From positions 69,440,001-69,504,000 of the forward strand of contig NC_043001.1 in NCBI RefSeq assembly GCF_006345805.1: DNA of 64,000 bases, given 5' to 3'. Source of the stretch: Octopus sinensis (taxonomy: Eukaryota). The position numbers and the translations under genes are program-made. Shown here one piece after another: positions 54,420-64,000 of the stretch; within the stretch, counting starts at the first letter, position 1, and each line of letters starts with the position of its first letter. The notes beneath the pieces were generated by a model. The model was given only the letters and a program-made list of their open reading frames with translations. It was not told the DNA's origin and ran no database searches.

Positions 54420-56488
54420 GGGCGTAATGTACGCCTGTCTGTATCTTCCTGATGGGCAAACAGCTGGATCAGTGGTCGCGATATTTTTCGGCATTACGAA
54501 TGAGGTAATCAGGCAGGTTTTAAGCGTGAAAAAATTGTGAAAAAGTATGATCGTTTAGTTATAATGAAGGTAATTTATAAGTTTACGAGCTTGCAAAAAG
54601 CAAATAAAAATTAAGGGGAGATAACTCATAATAAAGAAGCAAAGGGAAGTAAATCAACTCTCTTCTCCGCTGAATTACATAATAAGCTTTATAAAGGAAT
54701 GATTCCAATGGATTTGACTCATATTTAATCGGTGTATGACAATTATGAACTTTCTCAATAACGATTGTATGCAAAAAGTTGAGTAATGATATTAAATCTT
54801 CTTTCGTTTCATGCCATTATGACGGATATCAGGATATCAGGAATTGGTAGGACTACTAGGAAAACTGCCGCTATATAAAGAAACTATCTAATAGTGAATA
54901 CAGTCAAGCCCAGCAGAATAAGGTTACGGAAGCTCATAGAATTCGACGTGACACAGAAGTGAAATCGTCGGAATGGAGCAGGGATACGCTAGCTTGCCAA
55001 GTAACACGCAAAAATCCTCAAGTGAGAACTTCGGAACAGATAAGGAACTCTCTAGCTCGTAGAAAATCAAGACAAGTGCAAGTACGTGTGGAAGATAATG
55101 ACACGTTGAATATGACAATGAACGAATTACATATTACAATTTGATAGCGACTCAGGAAAACTTTATCGAAGTAACATTCCGTTATCATACCGTCTCCCTA
55201 CTGCGGCAACTTGGGTGATTATATATATCTACATTGTTATTCAAAGCATTGGCCAGCACAAACACTTACCCTCTGTTGCGAAAACGGTTAAGTTCGGCTG
55301 CAATCCACTCCCAATATGTTGGCAGACTCTGTGTCGTAATGGAACGATAACAATTTCATAACAAATATTCGAGCGTATAATAACGCACTTGCGTTTGCGT
55401 CCATTGGTTCTGTTGTTGATACCTCGGAGAAACACATCGTACTCGCTACAACTCTATCTGAAATTGCGGCGACATTGCTGCACAATGGCCGGTCATTTAA
55501 TTCTCAGTTCAAAGTGCCCATAAACATAACACCAGATTTCTGCTGCATTGTGTCATCTCAGGATGCAACTGCGCAACTCTTCAGAATGACCGGTCTAATA
55601 ATTGTCGAGGAAGTCAACCACAGTGACAAGCTTATATACGAATGTTTGGATCGTCCCTTACGCGATACCAGAGCGAATGAATCCCTGTTTGAAGGAGTAT
55701 GTGTTCTTTTTTGTAGGCGACTGGCAGCAAATTCTACCTATTGTTAAACGTAGTAGTCGTGCACAAATAGTGCAAGCCACCTTGAAAACATCGTGCATAT
55801 GGACGTCTGTGACGGAGTTGAGTTTTAAAAAAAACATGAGGATAAGTATTTCTTCAAATGCAACTTTCTCAACTTATTTAAGCGACATCGGTTCCGGACA
55901 ATGTTCTCTGAGCAATGTTATTCAAATTAGGACGCATTTTACAATCGAAATATCATCTATCTCCAAAATATGAAAATTCGTCTTCAATGATTTAAATGAA
56001 AACTACAAAATCGCATCATGGCTGTGTTCGCGAGCTGTTACGCCTCAGCCATTGAAGTGGTAATCAGTGTGAATGAGCATATGATTAGCAACTTCTCTGG
56101 GGAAAGACGAGAGTTCGGATACAATATATGACAAAAGCTATTACCTGTACCCACAGGATTTCTTGAACAACTTAAATCTATCGGGATTGCCACTCCCATA
56201 AAACCAAATTGAAAAAGAATTGTCCGATAACGCTCCTTAAGAATTTGGATCCAGACTATGGACACTACAATGGAACAAGATACAAAGTAGCAGAACTAAA
56301 TTCCAATGTTATCGAAGCAGTGATTGCAACTGGCCCCCACAATGGTAAACGCCTGTTCAATCCGCGGATACCCCTTATACCAATCGATAACCAGTTTCCG
56401 TTCCAACTAAGACGCAAGTAATTTCCTATAAAACTAGCATTCTCATTCACAGCAAACAAGGCACAGGGCCAAACATTAGATCGTGTAT
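54420..56488 (+). pseudogene. Internally deleted Helitron Rep-Helicase relic (N-terminal zinc-finger region plus PIF1-like helicase)
   Basis: EQIRNSLARR-type repeats, HCYSKHW...LCCENG and NIRAYNNALAFASIG. Then IAATLLHNGR, IIVEEV, GDWQQILP, NMR, LKNLDP..GHYNGTR, PRIPL and FPIKLAFSFTANKAQGQTL. Confidence 0.88.
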
Positions 56489-56522
56489 TAATAATAACAA
56501 CAAGAACAACAAAAACACCAAG

Positions 56523-56554
<32 letters not shown>

Positions 56555-56582
56555 AAACAATAATAATAATAATAGTAATAGT

Positions 56583-56773
56583 AAAAGATGGGCCAAAGGA
56601 AATATTCTGCTAAACGTGGGTGTTTTATTCAACATCTTCGAACAACCTTTAGTGAGGGACCTTTTCAGCAGGATTCTAACTGGGCCCCACCTGCAAGATC
56701 ATGTGCTGTTTTTCTTGATATGAGATCACCACGTCGCGCACATATGATTGTGATGCATGTGCCTAGTGTACCC
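56583..56773 (+). mobile_element. Non-coding (AAT)n-associated element, copy 3 (fragment)
   Basis: Homologous to copies 1 and 2 and preceded by (AAC)/(AAT)n. Confidence 0.75.
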
Positions 56774-56821
56774 TGTTCACTGTCCTGCATTTACACTTTG
56801 AGAAAAATATCTTTCTACTTG

Positions 56822-56920
<99 letters not shown>

Positions 56921-56933
56921 GTGTGTGTGCGTG

Positions 56934-56979
<46 letters not shown>

Positions 56980-57208
56980 TGTATATATTTGCCAATGTAT
57001 GTATAGGGAAACTCATAAATGTTTGAGTTATTCTTGGTGATGTTACTGCATATATTGTGTTGTTCTCTCAACTGAAAGCTAACATATTTGGCATGCACTT
57101 TTATTACTGTCTCTCGGATTACATTTTTGGTATTGCCATGACGTGGGAAATTTGTCTTGAAATTTGTGCATATGTGTGATTCTTAATTTCCATGTGTGTG
57201 TATGTGTT

Positions 57209-57248
<40 letters not shown>

Positions 57249-57504
57249 TGCGTGTGTGTGTGTGTTTGTGTGTGCGTGTGTACTTTATGTGTGCGAGGAT
57301 TTTAATTGTCCAGCTTTGCCTATATATGTGCACACGGTAATGTTGATATATATATGACTTCACGAACTTTAATGAAAGCATGCATGCAATACACACACAG
57401 CTATACATAGAATTTTCTATATACAGGCTTATGTGTGCATTTGTTTATGTCTGTGTGTAAGTATATACATTTATTGGTTTATTTCTCTATGAATATATCG
57501 ATCG

Positions 57505-57541
<37 letters not shown>

Positions 57542-58123
57542 TATATTTTGAAGGACAGAGAGAGAGACAGAGCAATGAGATAGATAGATAGATAGGTAGG
57601 GAGAGAATTGTACATTATCTTGTTTTAGTGTGTTATTTCTGAGTTGAGTACATGTATTCCAAATACTAAAGAGATAAGTTCAGGTATACATTCTTTTGGA
57701 AACCAACAAGTAAAGTACCGGTCAAGTACTGAGCGTAATATAATTGATCGTTGACCCTTTGAAATGTCCGTTTTGAGCAGGCGTTATAAAATATTATTAT
57801 TGTTTGGCATCCTCCCCAAGTTATTTGTTATTTTATAGAGTAGCATTTTTTCAATGAAATGATGAAATTTGGGGTAATTTATACAATAAGGCGGGTGCTA
57901 AAATGTTCCTATCTTTTGGTAAAAGAAATACTGCAGAAACAGTTAATTATGATTTTACTCAACATATTGTCCTCTCAGATTCACACACTTATTCTAGCGG
58001 AAGTTCATTTTTTCTAAGCTCTGTAAAAAACTCAGATGTTTGGGCCTCCAACCAGCCTTTTCGCTATACTCTTAAAGCCAGGAATTTCATATACATATAT
58101 ACAACATATATATATATTATATA

Positions 58124-58167
<44 letters not shown>

Positions 58168-58176
58168 AGAAATTCC

Positions 58177-58390
58177 GTACTCAGAAATTCGGATGGTTTT
58201 ATATTTACAGATATGTATTTGTATATTACATGTTTTTATACATCATATAACTTAGATAATATATTAGCACTTTCTCCCATTCTAGTGGGATTTTCAAATC
58301 GAACTAAGTGAAAACCCCACTAGATGTATAAAAACATGTAATATACAAATAAATACCTGTAAATATAAAACCATCCGAATTTCTGAGTAC
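58177..58390. repeat. 68-bp inverted repeat with an inner hairpin
   Basis: 58177-58244 versus 58323-58390, two mismatches by eye. Inner arms TAGTGGGATTTTCA / TGAAAACCCCACTA. Confidence 0.9.
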
Positions 58391-58439
58391 CTCATTGCTT
58401 CTAATATAAAATACCTGTACATCATCTCCAAACCTTCCA

Positions 58440-58470
<31 letters not shown>

Positions 58471-58990
58471 TAATTTATAAAAATATGGTAAAGTAAAAAA
58501 ATTCACTTTACCACACACCGAACTTTTCAGAAATAGCAGCCAAAAATATGGCTATTTCTTCAACTGCAAATAAAAGTCTCCAGACAATGCATACTCAGAA
58601 AATAACTCACATAGGTATAAGGGAAAAACAATGAAAGATCACATCCATATACGATACCCGAGGACAGTCTGTTTCTGGATTTGTGGGTAAAACGCCACTT
58701 TTCCTTCATCAGCTCAGAGATTTCTTCTGATTTAGATTTGAAAATACTAATAATCAAACATACCCGTCCGATATCTGTAACATCGGACAAACCATGCCAG
58801 ACACCCAGTACTAGCGAATCCAAAAATACGAATGAGATCTATTATTCTCCCTGTCCACCCACGTGAGTCATAGAGCATTACATTTCTACAGAGGTAAAAA
58901 CTGTAGTTCAAATTCTTGGAGAGACACACATACATATGTCTTTGAAATTAGAATGACAAAAGAATCAGCTATCATGTTATGAGCTTCATT

Positions 58991-59071
58991 AGCTTACAGC
59001 TGTTTCTACTATAAGGTGCAATGCACTCATAGCTGAATACTTGAATATCACTCTATAGGTTCGTCGGAGTT
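58991..59071 (-). ncRNA. Degenerate type I hammerhead in a probable PLE pLTR fragment (~58460-59275)
   Basis: Minus strand: AACT-CCGACGA-acCTATA...TATAGta-GAAA-CAGCTG-TA-AGCT. Palindromic stem III; core U4 is changed to C. Confidence 0.5.
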
Positions 59072-59364
59072 TCTGTCTGAAGGTCCGATGAAGCAATAGG
59101 GTGAAGCTGAGATAACCAATGCAGGGTTCCAGTCTACTATAATGGTGAAACCCACAGAGGAATTAATTATATAAATGTGTGTTTAACTTAATTTCTCTTA
59201 ATTTTGCTCTGCATTCCTACCATGTGATGCTACTTAGTTTAGAAGGTACTTAAACAATATACTGGAAGAATAAAATATACATACATACGAATAAGCTATA
59301 TATACATGTATACATATATGCATATATACACACATATTTATATACAAAACATGCCTACATACAT

Positions 59365-60210
59365 ACAGTTACTCTCTCTAGATTACAAGCTCAGGTTTAT
59401 AACTGTAATTATTGGGGCCTTGGGATATGTAACACACTGCCTAAATATCAATCTTGAGAAATTAGGCTCCTCAAAACCAGAAAGAAGAAAGATCCAATCC
59501 ATTACTGGCACTGTAAAAAACTGTAAAACTTTCCAGAAGTATAATATTTTGATATATATGAGCACGTCTAGATATGCTACTATATGCATGAGAATACGTA
59601 ATGAAACAAAACATATGAATCTGCACGTATACACACATACATGCATACATACATGCATACATACAGGCATACATACATACAAACATACATACATACCCTG
59701 TTGATGTACAGATTCAAGTGAAAAAGCCTTGAATTTTGAAACCAGCTTTTTCTCTATTGGCAAGAAATCTCAATAATGAGATACATACAAGTTTATCGTT
59801 TAAGTAAATATGAGCAGGTCTAGATATGAAAACATATACATGAAAATACATACATAAAACATACAAACCTGCTCATATGTATATACACATATATGCATAC
59901 TTAAATACATACATACGAACATATATACATACAAAAATGCACTGTTGATATTGAAATTCCGATGGGATCTAGGTTAGAAAACGGCTCTTACTCTATTAGC
60001 AAGAAATCTTGAAATGAAACTGAATAGTGACATATATACATACACACACATTTACACAAACACATACATGCATAAATGCACATAAAGCTGAAGATCAATG
60101 AAAAAGAGAACACCTTCGCTGAACTATTGAGAAATCTGCATTTACTCTATCCATATTACAAGTTCAGGTTGATACCTGTAATTACCGAGACTCAGAGAAA
60201 TGTAACACAC
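59365..60210 (+). mobile_element. Tandem 3'-end fragments of another RLE non-LTR family in (CATA)n
   Basis: DYKLRFITVIIGALGYV...IQSITGTVKNCKTF at 59380-59545 and EKENTFAELLRNLHLLYPYYKFRLIPVI at 60097-60185. A UTR-like block (CTGTTGAT...CTCTATT.GCAAGAAATCT) is present twice, at ~59700 and ~59942. Confidence 0.6.
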
Positions 60211-60467
60211 TTCTAAGTATTTCGGAATCGATGAGAATCTTGCATAAATTGGTATGTGTAACTAAAGCTTTAATTACAACATGGAAAATATGGAACTCAG
60301 GGTTCTTCGCCTTCACTCATAGTGCATCTCACAGTACGACTGCTTATACCAACATTAGGGATATTGATCTGGACACTTCAGGAATTTCGGAGCCTGGACA
60401 TCAGAAACGGGAAAGGCACTGACCATCTCTGGTAATTGTCACATCAACTGCAACACTGATACGGTAT

Positions 60468-60520
<53 letters not shown>

Positions 60521-60710
60521 ATGTGTGTGTGTGTGTGTGTGTGTGCGTGTGTGTGTGCGTGTGTGTCTGTATATATATATATATACACATATATATATGT
60601 GTGTATGTGTGCGTATAAATATATATATGTATATATATATATGTATAAATATATATATATGTATATACATATATTTATATATATATATATATACATACAC
60701 ACACACACAT

Positions 60711-60773
<63 letters not shown>

Positions 60774-60889
60774 TATACATATGTACACACACATATATAA
60801 ATATATAGTGACACTGGGGAAATTTAATCGTCTTTTGACATCCATAAGAGTTGAGTGTATATATGTATATGTGTGTATATATATATATA

Positions 60890-61830
60890 TGAGAATGTTG
60901 GTGTGTGAAAGCACGCGGTTGGATATATAGAAAATAGAAAAAAGCGAAAAAACTACAGAAGGCTTGTTTTATAAGGTTAAAGAATATATTTAAGTCGTTA
61001 TGTTAGAAAAACGTTATAAAATGTTGCATATAGTAACATAGTTTTTGGAGAAATTACCGGTTTCGTGTTAACTTTTCAAATTTCTCAAATGCCTTTACCT
61101 ACATAGTGTCATGTCTTCGTTATGCAGTGCAAAGAAGAGTTCCATGCAGGGGGAGGTAATAAGCGATTTCTTCCGGTATAAGGGAGATAATCGCTTTATA
61201 TTTCTTTTCCCCCTTTTTTAATGACATGAGTTTCTCTGTATAAGAATGTTAGGATGGTTAAGTTCAGGCTTATATTTTTCAATGAAGAATGTTTCCTTTT
61301 TTAATCTAATTTGTGTTGGTGTTCCAATAGCACATTGATAGAATGGAAAGATTAAAAATTGTGGTAGTAGTTGCTTTGCGCATTTCTCAATATGCTCACT
61401 AAAGGGTATCATTCTGTATTCTGGGAATGCAATCCCGTGGACCCCACGTAGTTCTGGTGGCAGCCCGAGCACCTTATGACATAAATTATGTTTTCAGAAG
61501 CACAAGTAAAATTAGAACTGATCTTGAATTTTTTCCCCTCTTTGAAAAGGAATTCTGATCCTTCTAGGAGGTTTGGGCATGTTGCGCAGTTTGGTCTACC
61601 ACATTGTTTTACTTTTGCATCCGTAATTTCAGAACACAATTTTGCCTTTGTGAGAATCTTTTTAAGTGATTTAGGTTGTTTGTAGCGTTTAATGATTTTA
61701 TGTATGTTTAAAATTTCCTTTAATTTGGGGTCCTTATGAAGTATTAGTAAATTCTGGGCGATGATGGTGAAGGCTTCTTTGTTTCTGGAGTTGTATGTGG
61801 ATATTTAAGGCAGTATTTTCGGGGAAAATG
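60890..61830 (-). mobile_element. 5'-truncated Penelope-like element (Cys-rich linker plus GIY-YIG, Neptune-like)
   Basis: KQPKSLKKILTKA, CGRPNCATC, FTCASENIIYVIRCSGCHQNYVGST, SEH and RLKKETFFIEKYKPELN. Hammerhead downstream. Confidence 0.88.
61048..61086 (-). ncRNA. Minimal type I hammerhead with a U3:A8 core variant
   Basis: Minus strand: GAGAAAT-TTGAAAA-GT(TAAC)AC-GAAA-CCGG-TA-ATTTCTC. Perfect 7-bp stem I, 2-bp stem II and palindromic stem III. Confidence 0.7.
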
Positions 61831-61844
61831 TGTTGTTGTGTTGA

Positions 61845-63793
61845 ACTTTTTCACAACAGCTCCTTTATTGGATCCAGTTAGTTCAAGACATCATCAGGAG
61901 GAACCACGTCCAATTTCGGCCCCTACTCCTCTACCGTTTTGACGTGACGCCTCCCCCCCCCCTTTCGGAGGTGTCTTCAGCTCTGGTGTTGGGTGCATGT
62001 CTTCTTTCTTCTTTCTTCTGTTCCCTGGCCTCTTCGATGTATCGTCAGCGAGTGTCAGCCCGTGACTGACTGACTTGTCAAATTTTTCCCTTTAAATACC
62101 TGCCGCTAGATTCCAGCAGGCAGCCCCAGGAAGTTGTCACGTGACACTGTCTCACCTTAACGGACTAGTGAAGGTGCGTAATTTTAGCCCGCACATTTTC
62201 TAAACGACAGTCACCTGTCAGGCAGCGAAGCTGATTCAATGTCAGCTTGTCTCACCTAATGATGTTATTTCCCGCCGGCATGTTATGACTTTCAGGCCTT
62301 TTTCGGTCTTCCCGCTTCAGCCATATATAGAAGCTGGCTTTTTCGACCGCCTCCTGTGCTCTCCTTATCAGGTTTCGCAGCTCGGAGATAGAAAAAACAA
62401 ATCTTCTTTTGCAAAGCGTTGTCATCTCCCTTTCAATGAAGCCTCTAGCCTCCACTGCCAGGTGATAATCGACGTTCCATCACTCTTCGCTGCATTATTC
62501 GATTAGCTTTTCGTACATCTTCACCTTTTGTTCCTCTGCATTGCCGATGCTCTGTTCCCAAGGTACCGTCTGTTCTAGTAAAATTCCTATTCTTCTGTCT
62601 CTGTTCCATAGGACTAAATCCGGTCTTTTTGTTGTTTTTATTAGTGGAAATATTACTTGTCTTTCCAAGTCCGTGGCCACCTCCCAGTATCCCTTCCATC
62701 ATTCGTCTATCTCGTATACTTAACTTGTAGGCCTGGTTTTATATCCTTTTCCCTCCTTGTGGAAGTATACTTTCCTGCGCTTTTCTACTTTTGGGTACTC
62801 TCTCCTATTGTACCTCTCGATCTTCTCCTTGAGTGCTGCGCTTATGACGCCGAGGACTTGATTATGCCGCCATGTATATCTTTCTAGTGCTAGTCTGCAA
62901 CTTGACAGAACATGTCTAACCGTCGCTTTCTCTCCGCATCTACACTCATCGGTTGTTTTTATGTTCCAGCGGACTAAGTTCGCCGGTGAGTGTAGAACAT
63001 CGAAGGTAGACTTGATCAGGAAGGATGTTCTTGCTTGTTCCCAAGCCCAAAGTTCCTTCCATGATATTCTGCGGTTGATCACATATTCCTCCCATCTCAG
63101 GCACTGTCCCTGTTGATTGCATTGCACCAAATGTACATTTCGCCTTTCTTCTTCCTCTTTTCTCGCTTCGTATACCACTGCCATTTTCATCTATTTTACA
63201 CTGCTCTTGCAAAATGGCCTGAAATTTTGCGACCCTAGGCCGGTTCTTGCTTCTTGCGTCGCTCCGACTATATCTGCGTGCCTTAGTTTTCCGATTGCCC
63301 TGTTTACTACCATTGGAACGTTTCCCAGATGCTCTGATCTTTTGAATACCTTAGCATCATTACTGTCCTTGCTTTTCCTGCCTTATATTCTTCGGCGATT
63401 GATGTTATTGGTAGTTGCAGCACGGGTTTTCCATATAGTGCAGTTGTATTCAGGGGGCAGACCAAGCCATTTTCTGATAAACACACTGCATTTTTGTTCC
63501 ATCCTTTCTACTCTAATCGAGGCTATTTCGTACATTTACAATGGCCACATTATTCTTGGGTACAGCCCAAATTGCAGTATCCAACATTTGAATTTTCCCG
63601 GCAGCGTTGTTCTGTCAATTGCCTTTAATCTTTGTTCTAAATCGTGTGTTTCTTTCCCTTGGGTCTTATCATTTAATAAATCTCTATACCATCTGCCGAG
63701 ACTCTTTACTGGTTGTTCTTTCAGCGTTGGTATATCTTCACTTCCTATCCTAAATTTCACTTCTTCTTGCTTTGCGTTCACGATAGCCACGCT

Positions 63794-63796
<3 letters not shown>
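61845..63796 (-). mobile_element. 5'-truncated HERO/NeSL-like RLE non-LTR retrotransposon, degraded
   Basis: PVKSLGRWY, LPGKFKCWILQFGLYPRIMWPL, RKWLGLP, RTGLG, SPANLVRW, CRC...HVLSSC, RYTWRHNQVL, RPDLVLW, EQTVPWE and EARGF. 3' UTR with AATAAA. Confidence 0.85.
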
Positions 63797-63864
<68 letters not shown>

Positions 63865-64000
63865 ATATAATGATAAAGGGTAAAATTAATTAATTAAGAA
63901 GTAGTCAGTAATTTCACCAAGTAGAATTCGGCATGAAAAAGACCATTTCATGGTAAGTTTAAGTGATATTTTATAATTAGGGTTCAGCAAAGATTTGCTT

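Noticed and set aside
55140-55170. GGAAAACTTT as the helicase Walker A (GKTF)
   Set aside because: It lies upstream of the zinc-finger region, which is the wrong position, and lacks the GxxGxGK context.
58488-58570. TTGAAGA-AATAGC...GCTATT-TCTGAAA hairpin on the minus strand
   Set aside because: The stem is real, but the spacing to GAAA and stems I and III do not fit a hammerhead.
63117-63893. 258-aa + strand ORF, the longest in the track
   Set aside because: It is the antisense of the HERO-like ORF running into (TA)n.

Overview
AT-rich, microsatellite-dense eukaryotic intergenic or intronic DNA. Its SINE and LINE repertoire looks cephalopod, most likely Octopus; that assignment rests on pattern recognition, not a search. 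I could not support any host protein-coding gene, and most of the supplied ORFs are microsatellite translations. The window is a stack of transposable elements. (1) Several R4/Dong-type RLE non-LTR retrotransposons sit strand-specifically in (AAT)n arrays, including one near full-length copy at 34420-38563, together with a non-coding element at the same kind of site. (2) There are at least five Penelope-like element (PLE) fragments with GIY-YIG and/or RT remains, several carrying type I hammerhead ribozymes with palindromic stem III. One hammerhead has an intact core and a very long stem II (23682-23767), and one has a U3:A8 core instead of C3:G8 (61048-61086). (3) The rest comprises a HERO-like RLE element, CR1-like and Jockey/CR1-group LINE relics, mariner, Tc1 and piggyBac relics, two non-autonomous Helitrons, an internally deleted Rep-Helicase Helitron, MITEs, several tRNA-derived SINE families and a 100-N gap. 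All calls were made by eye, so element boundaries are approximate.
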